A stretch of 49,372 bases of DNA from Fimbriimonadales bacterium (GTDB taxonomy: Bacteria; Armatimonadota; Fimbriimonadia; Fimbriimonadales; ATM1), in contig JBPCLO010000001.1 in NCBI GenBank assembly GCA_051003155.1, positions 1 through 49,372 on the forward strand, given 5' to 3'. Below, piece after piece: positions 1 to 9,374 of the stretch. The notes under the pieces were generated by a model, which saw only the letters and a list, made by a program, of their open reading frames with translations, ran no database searches and was not told where the DNA came from. The position numbers were made by a program, and so were the translations under genes. Every line of letters begins with the position of its first letter. Within the stretch, counting starts at the first letter, position 1.

Positions 1-76
1 CCTGCGTCTTCTGGCCCGAGGCGGCATCTTGCAGGATCCTGACGATCTGCTCCTCGCTGTATTTCGATTTTTTCAT
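1..76 (-). CDS. IS3-family transposase OrfA, N-terminus (partial)
   Basis: Manual translation MKKSKYSEEQIVRILQDAASGQKTQ matches the IS3 OrfA start pattern MKKSRFSEEQII.IL; not in the ORF track because it is truncated. Confidence 0.85.
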   Translation of the reverse strand, partial: MKKSKYSEEQIVRILQDAASGQKTQ

Positions 77-135
77 AGCTTCCTCCAAGGAGAAAGACTA
101 CTCTTATCTTGTCTTCCGATTCGGGGGGCAGACCA
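1..135 (-). mobile_element. IS3-family insertion sequence, left end (partial; runs off the window)
   Basis: Minus strand reads TGGTCTGCCCCCCGAATCGGAAGACA from 135, a TG-initiated IS3/IS407-like terminal IR, then a GGAGG SD and ATG of an OrfA-like reading frame. Confidence 0.85.
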
Positions 136-153
136 GCGGTAAACTTCCACGCG

Positions 154-657
154 GTGAGTGGGAATCTGATCGTTTTTGCAATCTTGGCGGTGATCGCATC
201 GGCGTCCGCGGTTGGCGTTATCGCGTTCAAGAACCCCGTGAGGAGCGCGCTCAGCCTCGTCATCAACTTCTTCACGATCGGGATCATCTACTTCACTCTG
301 AACCTCGACCTCCTGGGAATCAGCCAAATCCTGGTATACACCGGGCTCATCATGATCCTGTTCCTATTCTGCATTCTGTTGCTGAACCTCGGCGCGCCGG
401 AGATGCTGAGCGAGAAGAGTTGGCTGAAGACCTGGGTCGCTATCGCGCTCACGGCCGTTATGGTCGCCGCGATCGTCAGCCAAGTGGTCGGCCCGCTTGC
501 CAGCGCAGGCGGCCCGTCCTCGCCCGACGACTACGGCAAAGCGGCCAGCGTTGGCAAGGCACTTTTCACCGGCTGGGTTTACGCTTTCGAGATCGCGAGC
601 GTCCTACTGCTTGTCGGCATCGTCGGTTCCATCCTGGTGGCCAAGAGGAGAGACTGA
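154..657 (+). CDS. nuoJ: NADH-quinone oxidoreductase subunit J
   Basis: KNPVRSALSL, QILVYTG, FEIASVLLLVGIVG motifs. GTG at 154 chosen because the longer ORF extends into the IS and TAAACT lies at 140-145. Confidence 0.93.
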   Translation: MSGNLIVFAILAVIASASAVGVIAFKNPVRSALSLVINFFTIGIIYFTLNLDLLGISQILVYTGLIMILFLFCILLLNLGAPEMLSEKSWLKTWVAIALTAVMVAAIVSQVVGPLASAGGPSSPDDYGKAASVGKALFTGWVYAFEIASVLLLVGIVGSILVAKRRD

Positions 658-1001
658 TGGAAGGCGTACCGATGGCCGGCTTCATGGCGCTGAGCGCTGT
701 TATGTTCGCGATCGGAACGCTGGGCGTCATCATCAAGCGCAACCCGATTGTGATCTTCATGTGCATCGAGCTGATGCTCAACGCCGCCAACCTGGCGTTC
801 CTAACGTTCGCGCGCTATCACAACAAGCCTCTCGCGGGCGCAGTCGATCCAATGCAAACCCACATGACGGGGCAGATGGCTGTGGTGTTCGTAATGGCTG
901 TCGCGGCGGCGGAAGTGGCCGTCGGCCTGGGGATCATCATGGCGATTTTCCGCTCCCGGCAGGAAGTGGACGTCGACGAGATGAACATCCTGCGCGGCTA
1001 A
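657..1001 (+). CDS. nuoK: NADH-quinone oxidoreductase subunit K
   Basis: RNPIVIFMCIELMLNAANL and VAAAEVAVGLGI motifs; ATG overlaps nuoJ stop (TGATG). Confidence 0.95.
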   Translation: MEGVPMAGFMALSAVMFAIGTLGVIIKRNPIVIFMCIELMLNAANLAFLTFARYHNKPLAGAVDPMQTHMTGQMAVVFVMAVAAAEVAVGLGIIMAIFRSRQEVDVDEMNILRG

Positions 1002-2740
1002 GGCGTGTTGCGCCAAACAACGTGGTCGAGCCGCGCGCGCCACGGGAACGAGAACACCGGGCCGGCCGCTTTGTAGGTGAGCTTCGCTCTCATTCGGCGC
1101 GTGATAGCCTGAACGTACTCGCTCGACGCGCCGCCGACCGCCACCTCGCGGACCGAGTCGGTCAACGTACCGTTTGCAATATCGAAAAGTACATACTCCT
1201 CGCTGTCGAAGTTGTACAAATAGATGCGCTGGACGATGTTGGTCGATGTAGTGTGGCCCTCGACGCGGAAGCTGAGCAGCGAGGTCGTCTCCGGGGTTGC
1301 GGTGCCTTCGACCGTGATCTGCAGCGGCGGTATGGAGTTGTTGAACACGATGCCCGGCCGTGCGACGAGGTACATGCTGTCGCTGGCAAGGAGCTCGAAA
1401 AATCCACCAGATTCGAGCGTTCCCGGCCCAACCGTGACAATGCTCACGTTGGATGCCATCGACTGCCCGACCTTGACGGTCGCGAAATCGCCGACGGTCC
1501 CGACTCCGTAGGACTCGCCCGCCATGAGCACGTTTCCGAGCCGGTCGATCAAGACGGAATGGGCTTCGTCGAGGTCGTCGGCCGGGCCGTCGTAGCGCCT
1601 GATCCACTTGACCTGGCCGTTCGGCTCGTATTTGACGGTGCAGTAGTCCGGTGCTTGCCCAACGTTCTGCACGGCGCCTCCCGTGACATAGATGCGATCC
1701 GCCGGGTCGACGGCCACGCTTCGGGCGGTGTCGAATGCCGAGGCGCCGCCGTCGAACGTCTTGACCCATAGACGCGCTCCGCCGGGCCCGTCCTTGATCG
1801 TGAGGTAGTCGTAGCCGGTCGCCGCCCGGTCGGTATAGCCCGCGACGATCGAGTTGCCGGCGCTGTCGATCGCCAAATCCGCTGCGCCGTCCCAAAGATG
1901 ATCGGGTCCGTCGTAAACATCTCGCCAGGTCTCATCTCCGGATGTGCGATTGAACTTGGCCACCGCGACGTCGCCTGCGGGATCGAATGTTCCGACGTTG
2001 ACTTGGCCCGCGACGACCGGGTTGCCGCCGGGATCGAGAGCGACTGCAATCGCCCAGTCGCCAAGATTCTCCGACCCAGCGAGAAAGCCATCCCATTGAA
2101 AGTCTCCGGAAGCGCTGTAGCGAAGTACCAGGAAGTCCGAAAATGCCTTGTCGTGAACGCGGTTGCGCGCGCCGGCTGCGAAAATGTCTCCCGAGCCGTC
2201 GATGGCGACCGCGCTTAACCCGTCGCTTCCAGGACCGGGGGCGTCGAACGTCTGGGACCACAAGAGCGAGCCGTTCGGGGAATACTTCCAAAGGGCGGCA
2301 AGGCCGCCGGACGAGCCGACGATCACGAGGTTCCCACCTGGGTCGAGCCCGATCGCGCCGCCGGGAGGTCTGCTCCATTGTTGGGCGCCGGCGAAGTTGT
2401 ACTTGACCGTACCGCTGCTTCCGGAGACGTACACGTTGCCATTGCCGTCCACAACTATCGCTTGAGAAACGTCGTTGTCATTCACGGAATAGGTCGCGAG
2501 CCACAGCTCATTCCCATCGGACGAGTACTTGATCGTCACGTAGTTTTGGTTGTTCTGAGAGCCCGCCGGATAGGCCGGGCCGGTTACATAGACGTTGCCA
2601 CTCGCATCGAGCGCCATGGCGGTCACCCTGTCGAAGTGGTTACCGGGTCCGTTGTAGCGCCGCGCCCAGATCTCGTTCTGGGCAACGGCTGCCGCCGCCG
2701 CACACGCGAGAGCGCAGAGCAAGAACCCTCTAGCAAACAT
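998..2740 (-). CDS. Secreted SBBP-repeat (beta-propeller) protein with conserved C-terminal domain
   Basis: Signal peptide; repeated A.D..GNVYVTG...DY.T.KY...G...W units; ~150 aa C-terminal domain homologous to that of 6343..8199. Confidence 0.88.
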   Translation of the reverse strand: MFARGFLLCALACAAAAAVAQNEIWARRYNGPGNHFDRVTAMALDASGNVYVTGPAYPAGSQNNQNYVTIKYSSDGNELWLATYSVNDNDVSQAIVVDGNGNVYVSGSSGTVKYNFAGAQQWSRPPGGAIGLDPGGNLVIVGSSGGLAALWKYSPNGSLLWSQTFDAPGPGSDGLSAVAIDGSGDIFAAGARNRVHDKAFSDFLVLRYSASGDFQWDGFLAGSENLGDWAIAVALDPGGNPVVAGQVNVGTFDPAGDVAVAKFNRTSGDETWRDVYDGPDHLWDGAADLAIDSAGNSIVAGYTDRAATGYDYLTIKDGPGGARLWVKTFDGGASAFDTARSVAVDPADRIYVTGGAVQNVGQAPDYCTVKYEPNGQVKWIRRYDGPADDLDEAHSVLIDRLGNVLMAGESYGVGTVGDFATVKVGQSMASNVSIVTVGPGTLESGGFFELLASDSMYLVARPGIVFNNSIPPLQITVEGTATPETTSLLSFRVEGHTTSTNIVQRIYLYNFDSEEYVLFDIANGTLTDSVREVAVGGASSEYVQAITRRMRAKLTYKAAGPVFSFPWRARLDHVVWRNTP

Positions 2741-2972
2741 TTGGTTTCAGGGTACACGAAATTGCCGCGAAAAGCGCGTATGCAAGGTTATGACCCCGCG
2801 AACCGAGCCCTGCTCTGGCAGGTCGACCCGGAGCGGGAGGACAACTGACCGCAGATTTCGAGCAATCTGTATCCGGCGATCTCCGGACCCTCCCGGGTCC
2901 GTCGCGTCCGGGGTGATACTGCCTACACCAGCACGCGGTTCGCCAACGTGGTCGAGAACATACTTCGGCTGC

Positions 2973-3494
2973 CTACGCGCGATCGACACGCGGTAGCTTC
3001 GCTACCATCACGTTGTGAGGCAGGCCCTTGAAGTCGGTGAGCTTTTCATGAGCCATTCCCAGCCTTTGCGCGACACGCATCGAAGGCTCGTTTACCGGCT
3101 GGATGAGCGCGATGATGCGGGTCTTGCCCAATTGTTTCGCGTAATCGAGGCATGCGTTGGCGGCTTCCGTCGCGTAGCCGTTTCCCCAATACGGCTTGTG
3201 GAAGATGTATCCCACCTCGGTCTCCTTAACGCCGTCCACTTCTTGCTCGGCGAGGCCCGTCTCGCCGATCGGCGCGCCCGTTTCCTTGTTCAGTACCAGC
3301 CACGGGCCATAGCCGTCATCTCTGTAGCGCCCGATTTGCCGTTCGATCCAGCAGGCCGTATCCTCCCGACTGTGCGGCCTGGGCCAGAAACGCATTACTT
3401 CTGGGTCTCCCAGCATCTCGGCCATGAAGTCGAGGTCATCGAGCGACATTTCTCGTAGGACGAGGCGAGGTGTCTCCAGGATCGAGTTCGTCAC
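2973..3494 (-). CDS. GNAT N-acetyltransferase, RimJ/RimL type
   Basis: LETPRLVLR start, EVGY.F...YWGNGYATEAA, N..S.RVA.RLGM motifs. Confidence 0.92.
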   Translation of the reverse strand: MTNSILETPRLVLREMSLDDLDFMAEMLGDPEVMRFWPRPHSREDTACWIERQIGRYRDDGYGPWLVLNKETGAPIGETGLAEQEVDGVKETEVGYIFHKPYWGNGYATEAANACLDYAKQLGKTRIIALIQPVNEPSMRVAQRLGMAHEKLTDFKGLPHNVMVAKLPRVDRA

Positions 3495-3954
3495 TTTGCT
3501 TTCAATTTCGCAATCGCAGCTAAGATGGACGTGCGGTTCTTAGCGAGGCCCATCCATTCGGGCAACTTAGATGAGATTCGGTTCCTCGCGACCCGCCATC
3601 CCGATGCTTGGCCTGGACAAATGCTTCCAGGTAAGCCAAGTGTCGTCGGTTATATGCCCATAAGACCTCACCGCGCCATCCGGTCTTGAACCACAATGAC
3701 AGGCCGAAGCTTGGATCTGCACCGTCGTGGACGACGTAATCCAGAAAGTTATTCACCTGTTTATCCAGGCTGTGACCGCATGATGCGCAAGTGAAGCGAG
3801 CAATGCCCGATAGGCGCGGCAACGGAGTCTTGACCCGGCCACATTCGCCGCACCGGGGGCAAGCGACGAGAACTTCAACCAAGAGGTCTCGCCAGCCAGG
3901 CTCAAGCGGATTTCGCGCTACGTCATCATTCCGAGATTCGAAGTGTTTTCGCAT
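3491..3954 (-). pseudogene. Zn-ribbon hypothetical protein with a frameshift near the 3' end
   Basis: CPRC/CASC and LWAYN..HL.YLE.FV in frame 1. After ~3590 an alternative frame reads ...SKLPEWMGLAKNRTSILAAIAKLKAK-stop, whose TGA (3491-3493) overlaps the GNAT GTG start, as expected for the true end. Confidence 0.7.
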
Positions 3955-3970
3955 TCGACTCTGAGTTCTC

Positions 3971-4005
3971 GGTCTACAGTCTACAGTCTTCAGTCTCCAG
4001 TCTTC
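3971..4005 (+). repeat. Tandem heptamer repeat (AGTCTMC/AGTCTTC, 5 units)
   Basis: ggtctac agtctac agtcttc agtctcc agtcttc directly upstream of the nuoL -10 box. Confidence 0.9.
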
Positions 4006-4032
4006 CCCTGGTGTAAACTGCCGCGCTAGGAC

Positions 4033-6294
4033 ATGGCGGTCACTTTCGATTGGATTTGGGCGGTTCTGCTTTTGCCGCTCGTCGGGTTTCTGGTTCAGGC
4101 GGCGTTCGGCAAGAGGCAGATCGATGCCTTCGGAATTGAAAAGGGCCGGCGCATTTGCGGCGCCCTCGCAGTCATCCCGATCGCGCTCGCTTTCCTGATC
4201 GGAGTCGTCATCTGCGTGAAGCTCGGCGCCTTAGACCCGGAGCATAGACTCCACATCAGCACCTGGTTCAACTGGATCGACCTTCAATCGCTCAAAGTCC
4301 CCTTCGAGCTGCGTGTCGACCCTCTCGCGATGACGATGGTGATGATCATCACGGGCGTCGGCGCGCTCATCCACCTATACGCGACCGGTTATATGGCCGA
4401 CGAGAAGGACTACCCGCGGTTCTTCACCTACTTGAACTTGTTTATAGCGTTCATGCTGATGCTGGTTCTCGGCAACAACCTGCCGCTTGTGTTCATCGGT
4501 TGGGAGGGGGTGGGACTTTGCTCCTACCTGCTTATCGGGTTTTGGTACGAGGACATCGCCAACGCCAAGGCGGCGAACAAGGCTTTTATCGTCAACCGAA
4601 TCGGCGACTGGGGCATGGCGCTCGGCATGTTCCTCATCTATTGCGTTTTCGCGGCGAATACCAATCTTTTGCCGGAAGGTGAGACGCGGTTTTTGAGTTT
4701 CGACGTGATCCTGCCTTTGGCCGAGCAGGTCCTTGGCGGATATGGGCCGATGGTCGTTACCGCCATTCCCCTGCTGCTTTTCATCGGCGCTTGCGGAAAG
4801 TCCGCCCAGTTCCCGCTCTACCTTTGGCTTCCCGATGCGATGGCCGGCCCGACTCCCGTATCCGCGCTGATCCATGCCGCCACGATGGTGACAGCGGGCG
4901 TATATCTGGTTGCGAGGACCCACATCTTCTTCGAGCTCTCGCCATTCGCCATGATGGTCGTCGCTTGCATCGGCGCTTTCACGGCGATCTTTGCCGCCAG
5001 CATCGCGTTCGGCCAGATGGACATCAAGAAGGTGTTGGCATACTCGACCGTGTCGCAGCTCGGGTACATGTTTCTCGCGTGCGGCGTGGGCGCGTTCGGC
5101 AGCGGAATGTTTCATGTCACCACGCACGCGTTTTTCAAGGCGCTGCTGTTCCTTGGCTCCGGCGCGGTGATCATGGCGATGGCCCACAACCAGGACATGC
5201 GCAACTACGGCAATCTGCGGAAGTATCTTCCGATCACCTATTTCACGATGATGATGGGGTGGCTCGCGATCTGCGGCATCCCGATCTGGGCGGGGTTCTT
5301 TAGCAAGGACGAAATACTTGGCCGCGTTTACCTAAGCGCGCATTACTGGCAGGAGCAGGGCTGGGCGGTCAACCCGGTGATTCTTTACGGGATCGGCCTA
5401 GTCACCGCGCTCATGACCGCAGCGTACATGACGCGGATGTTCTGGCTGACCTTCTACAGCGGCGAGGAGCGGTGGCGGAAGCTCGAGCCTGAGCATCACC
5501 AGGACGAACACGAAGTTTTCCCCTCTGTAGTCGGCAGTCCGCAGGCGGCAGTCGGCGCCTCGCAGTCGGCAGTCGTGCCTGACGGGGCGGTCGACCATGA
5601 CGAGCATGGCTTCTTCCACTCGGCAGTCGGCGGTCGGCAGTCGCCAGTCGTTAGTCCCGAGGAGCACCATTCGCTCGACGCACGGCACGAGCCAAGGGAA
5701 GTGGGCTTCGCCATGTGGTTCCCGCTTGCTGTGCTTGCGCTTCTTTCCTTGCTCGGCGGCGCGATTTTGGCAGGGTTCAAGCCGCTCACCACGCTCTTCC
5801 ACATCGACACCACGCACCTGTTCGAAGCGTGGAACGCGCCCTCGGTCGAGCCGCGTACGTTCAGCCACGAGATCTATCACGGGACCATCTCGACCGAGTG
5901 GATGCTAGTTCTCGCGTCTGTAGCTGCGGCGGTTCTCGGGATCGTCGTGGTGGCACTTCGGTATCGCAAGTCGATGCCGCGGCACGAGGTCGAGTTCAAG
6001 AGCGGCCTGCAGCGAGCCGCGGGCGCCCAATGGTTCTTCGACGGGGCGTTGTACAAGCTATTCGTCGATCTGGGTGGCCGGTTCTCGGCCGGTCTATATC
6101 GCTGGTTCGACAAAGGCGTAATCGACGGCATTTTCGTGCACGGAGCAGCGAAGCTGGCTGGCGGCTTCGGTCTGCTGTTCCGCAAGACGCAAACGGGCTA
6201 TGCGCGGTACTACGCGATGGCGATGCTGGCCGGCGTCATAGCGATCATGAGCTACATCATCTACGCGACGACGTCGATCGATGTCGTGAAGTAG
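4033..6294 (+). CDS. nuoL: NADH-quinone oxidoreductase subunit L (with long His-rich loop insertion)
   Basis: WEGVGLCSYLLIGFW, NRIGD, GKSAQFPL..WLPDAMAGPTPVSALIHAATMVTAG, HAFFKALLFLGSG motifs. Confidence 0.97.
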   Translation: MAVTFDWIWAVLLLPLVGFLVQAAFGKRQIDAFGIEKGRRICGALAVIPIALAFLIGVVICVKLGALDPEHRLHISTWFNWIDLQSLKVPFELRVDPLAMTMVMIITGVGALIHLYATGYMADEKDYPRFFTYLNLFIAFMLMLVLGNNLPLVFIGWEGVGLCSYLLIGFWYEDIANAKAANKAFIVNRIGDWGMALGMFLIYCVFAANTNLLPEGETRFLSFDVILPLAEQVLGGYGPMVVTAIPLLLFIGACGKSAQFPLYLWLPDAMAGPTPVSALIHAATMVTAGVYLVARTHIFFELSPFAMMVVACIGAFTAIFAASIAFGQMDIKKVLAYSTVSQLGYMFLACGVGAFGSGMFHVTTHAFFKALLFLGSGAVIMAMAHNQDMRNYGNLRKYLPITYFTMMMGWLAICGIPIWAGFFSKDEILGRVYLSAHYWQEQGWAVNPVILYGIGLVTALMTAAYMTRMFWLTFYSGEERWRKLEPEHHQDEHEVFPSVVGSPQAAVGASQSAVVPDGAVDHDEHGFFHSAVGGRQSPVVSPEEHHSLDARHEPREVGFAMWFPLAVLALLSLLGGAILAGFKPLTTLFHIDTTHLFEAWNAPSVEPRTFSHEIYHGTISTEWMLVLASVAAAVLGIVVVALRYRKSMPRHEVEFKSGLQRAAGAQWFFDGALYKLFVDLGGRFSAGLYRWFDKGVIDGIFVHGAAKLAGGFGLLFRKTQTGYARYYAMAMLAGVIAIMSYIIYATTSIDVVK
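5529..5659 (+). repeat. Two in-frame heptamer tracts (AGTCGGC consensus) inside nuoL
   Basis: Period-7 tracts at 5529-5577 (agtcggc agtccgc aggcggc agtcggc gcctcgc agtcggc agtcgtg) and 5618-5659 (actcggc agtcggc ggtcggc agtcgcc agtcgtt agtcccg). Confidence 0.85.
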
Positions 6295-6342
6295 TGAGAG
6301 CCCAATGAACCGAGGAGCCGCCGCCTGCACCGTTGGTGCTCT

Positions 6343-8199
6343 TTATCGGAAGACGAACCAGACGGTCCGGTCAATCTTTGCTTCCCAGTTCGGCAATAGT
6401 GTACTAGGGCCGAACCAAGCCAATCGCGCCCGCATCTTTCGCGTACCTGCCTGGATATATCGTTCCGCATCGATTGTGATCTCTAGGTCGACGACCGTAT
6501 CAGTGTTCGAGGCCTCCCGCTCGAACGTATCCCATCTCACGGTACCGTAGTTATATAGGTCGATCTTGAAGGTGACCCCCGACAGAGGGAAACCCGTGGT
6601 AAGGGTTTCGGTTCTAAACGTCAACTTGCTGATCAGGTCCGGAGGCGCCGTGCCCTCTACCGTAATGCGCACATTGGGATCGGTTAAGAAGTTCGCCGGC
6701 CGCGCTTGGATCTCCATGCGCAAATCGTCGCTCGATAGAAGTTCCGACCGCCCTCCCGCAATCAGAGCCCCCTTCTGAATCGTGAAAAGTTCCGGCAGAA
6801 CGAGATTGGATAAAAGGGTGTTGGACGGCGTGTATTTGATGGTCGCGTAGTCGTAGGAATTTTCAGAATTGTCTCCCAAGTAGCAGTAGCCTGTCACGTA
6901 AACACTGCCCGAGGCATCTAACGCCAAGGCAGTGCCGTAGTCGTAGGAATTCCCCGGCCCATTGTAGCGAGCGACCCCCTGCTGAATACCAGCGGGATCG
7001 TATTTGACGGTGGCGTAGTCGGAACTGCCGCCGCTCCGGGTGTACGAATAGCCCGTCACGTATACATTGCCCGAGGCATCTACCCCTAAGTCGCTGGCTC
7101 GATCATCCCAGCTTCCGGGTCCATTGTAGCGGGCAACCCATTTCTCGTTGCCCGCAGAATCATACTTCAGGGTAGCGTAGTCTGTGATACCATCTGGTCC
7201 GGTGGAATAGCCAGTCACGCAGACGTTGCCCGAGGCATCTAACGCCAAGGCAACGGCACGATCGGAGCCGCCGTCTCTCGGCCCGCTATAGCGCGAGACC
7301 CACTGCTCGTTGCCCTCGGAGTCATACTTGATGGTTAAGTAATCGTAACCGGTGCTCTGGCCATACGAACTGCCGGTAACATAGACGCTACCCGACGCAT
7401 CGATTCCCAAGGAGTTGGCTCGGTCTCCGCTATTTCCGGGTCCGTTGTAGAGCGCAACCCACTGCTCCCTTCCCGTTGAATCGTACTTGACCGTGCCGCA
7501 GTCACCAGGGCCCACGGGGCCGGAGCTGACGCCCGTGACGTAAACGTTGCCCGAGATGTCTACCGCCAGGTCGTAGGCTATATTGCCGCCGTTCCCCGGC
7601 CCATTGTAGCGAGCGACCCACTGCTCATTGCCCGCGGAATCGTACTTCACGGTAGCGTAGTCGGAATCGGCGGCGCCGACGATTGTTGTCGGAGCCTTAA
7701 AGGAGGAGCCCGTAACGTGGACGTTGCCTGAAGCATCTACCGCCAAGGCAGTGGGGGTATCTTCCCTATTCGTTGGCCCGTTGTAATACGCGATCCATAC
7801 TTCGTTGCCTGCAGAATCGTACTTGATGGTCGCATAGTCAGCGCCGTTTTCCGAGGTGAAGTCGCTGCCGGTAACGTAGACATTGCCCGACGCATCTATC
7901 GCCAAGTCTTCCGGCGTCACGCTCACAGTCCTTGCAACCCATAACTGGTTGCCCTCAGAATCGTACTTTACCGTAGCGCAATCGGTCGTGTGCCCCACGC
8001 CTTCGGAGATGCCGGTCACGTAAACATTGCCAGAAGCATCTACCGCGACCTCAATGGCCTCGTCATAGCCGTTACCATGGCCGTCGAATTGGGCCACCCA
8101 CCTTTCCGTTTGGGCGGTTACCGACGTGCCCAATACGGCGCAGACGAACACAAACGCTGAAGCGAACAATTTGTGCTTAGTGTAACAAGTAGGTTTCAT
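6343..8199 (-). CDS. Secreted SBBP-repeat (beta-propeller) protein with conserved C-terminal domain
   Basis: Signal peptide; about 8 repeats of DASGNVYVTG..DYATVKYDSAGNEQWVARYNGP; C-terminal domain shared with 998..2740. Confidence 0.9.
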   Translation of the reverse strand: MKPTCYTKHKLFASAFVFVCAVLGTSVTAQTERWVAQFDGHGNGYDEAIEVAVDASGNVYVTGISEGVGHTTDCATVKYDSEGNQLWVARTVSVTPEDLAIDASGNVYVTGSDFTSENGADYATIKYDSAGNEVWIAYYNGPTNREDTPTALAVDASGNVHVTGSSFKAPTTIVGAADSDYATVKYDSAGNEQWVARYNGPGNGGNIAYDLAVDISGNVYVTGVSSGPVGPGDCGTVKYDSTGREQWVALYNGPGNSGDRANSLGIDASGSVYVTGSSYGQSTGYDYLTIKYDSEGNEQWVSRYSGPRDGGSDRAVALALDASGNVCVTGYSTGPDGITDYATLKYDSAGNEKWVARYNGPGSWDDRASDLGVDASGNVYVTGYSYTRSGGSSDYATVKYDPAGIQQGVARYNGPGNSYDYGTALALDASGSVYVTGYCYLGDNSENSYDYATIKYTPSNTLLSNLVLPELFTIQKGALIAGGRSELLSSDDLRMEIQARPANFLTDPNVRITVEGTAPPDLISKLTFRTETLTTGFPLSGVTFKIDLYNYGTVRWDTFEREASNTDTVVDLEITIDAERYIQAGTRKMRARLAWFGPSTLLPNWEAKIDRTVWFVFR

Positions 8200-8401
8200 T
8201 TTCGTCCCTTAGCCGACAGAAGTCTTCCACGGCAAGGGCGATCTACTTCACTAACGATGGAGTCTAGGAAGCCATAAATCACGAAGCCTTTGCCATTCGG
8301 AACGCCTCGGTCGCTACGGCCATTGTAACACAAATAATTCCGGGTTTCGCTCTTTGTAAGTCTGCTTGCTTCATTCTGGATCGTCGCTTATACTGAACTC
8401 G

Positions 8402-9349
8402 ATGTCCACACTCGGCCAAGCCATGGAATCCGAAATTCGGGAGCAGCCGGGCGTCCTCGCCCAGAACGAGGCGCGGTATCTCCAGGTCCTCGCGGACAGG
8501 CTCGCCGGGAGGGAGTTCGGGCAGGCGGCGCTCGTGGCGCGGGGAAGCTCGGATAACGCGGCGCTCTACTTGCGATATCTGATCGAAGTCTATTTGAAGA
8601 CTCCCGTTTCGCTGGCGGCGCCTTCGGTGCACACGGTCTACGGATCGAAGGTGAACTATCGGAACTGCCTCGGGGTGGGTATTTCCCAGTCCGGGCAGGC
8701 GCCCGACGTGCTGGCGGTCCTCCGGAGCTTGTCCGAAGCGGGCCATTTCACGGTGGCGATTACGAACGACGCCGACTCCCCGCTCGCGGTGATCGCCGAT
8801 TTCCATTTGGACCTGGGCGTGGGGCCCGAACTCTCGATCGCGGCGACCAAGACCTACTCCGCTTCGCTCCTCGCGGGCTATCAACTGGTTCGCGCCTTGG
8901 GGGCGAAATTGCCCGCGCCGGTTTTGCAGGATGACGGTTGGCTGGAGGTCTGCCGGGTTGCCGCCGATAATGACGCCGATGCGGTCCTGAACTCCAGCGT
9001 CGTTTTCGCGCTTGGGAGGGGGTTTTCCTTTGCTAGCGCACAGGAGACGGCGCTGAAGCTGATCGAGTGTGCGCTCGTTCCTTGCAAGAGCTACTCGTCT
9101 GCTGATTTCCAGCACGGGCCGCGCGCCGTGGCCGACGTCGACGCCTCGGCGATCGTCTACGGTGAGCCGCCCGAGAATCTCGCGGAGACGGGCATTCGGA
9201 TCATCGAAGCGCCCGATGCCGGCGACGGGCCGGACGCTCCGATCAGAGAAGCTGTGTTCGCGCAGCAGTTGGCGCTTGCGGCAGCTCGAAGAAGGGGACT
9301 CGATCCGGACGAGGCCCGAAACCTCGAGAAGATTACCAAGACCCTCTGA
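8402..9349 (+). CDS. SIS-domain sugar isomerase (GlmS C-terminal-like / glucosamine-6-phosphate deaminase type)
   Basis: EIREQP, ARGSSDNAA, ISQSG..PD, AATKTY, ETALKL.E, FQHGP, RNLEKITKT motifs; ATG 8402 preceded by TATACT. Confidence 0.9.
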   Translation: MSTLGQAMESEIREQPGVLAQNEARYLQVLADRLAGREFGQAALVARGSSDNAALYLRYLIEVYLKTPVSLAAPSVHTVYGSKVNYRNCLGVGISQSGQAPDVLAVLRSLSEAGHFTVAITNDADSPLAVIADFHLDLGVGPELSIAATKTYSASLLAGYQLVRALGAKLPAPVLQDDGWLEVCRVAADNDADAVLNSSVVFALGRGFSFASAQETALKLIECALVPCKSYSSADFQHGPRAVADVDASAIVYGEPPENLAETGIRIIEAPDAGDGPDAPIREAVFAQQLALAAARRRGLDPDEARNLEKITKTL

Positions 9350-9374
9350 AATCACCCTGACATGCACCCACCGA

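Noticed and set aside
109..153. ORF-track start of nuoJ at 109 and a possible IS-derived hybrid promoter
   Set aside because: 109-135 lies inside the IS end, and no -35-like hexamer sits ~17 nt upstream of TAAACT.
497..1895. Long alternative ORFs (497..1771 +, 801..1895 -) and similar ones such as 8279..9403, 24891..25973 and 42834..43775
   Set aside because: Shadow frames of real genes in GC-rich DNA; Arg/Pro-rich with no recognisable motifs.
2747..2996. Short ORFs between the SBBP and GNAT genes, including + strand MQGYDPANRALLWQV...-TGA-...
   Set aside because: Possibly a degraded fragment, but no identifiable family, no redox motif and no convincing SECIS.
6343..8199. Regular ~160-nt DNA repeats that could mimic a CRISPR array
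   Set aside because: They are codon-degenerate protein repeats (SBBP), not identical repeats with spacers. No CRISPR array or cas gene was seen.
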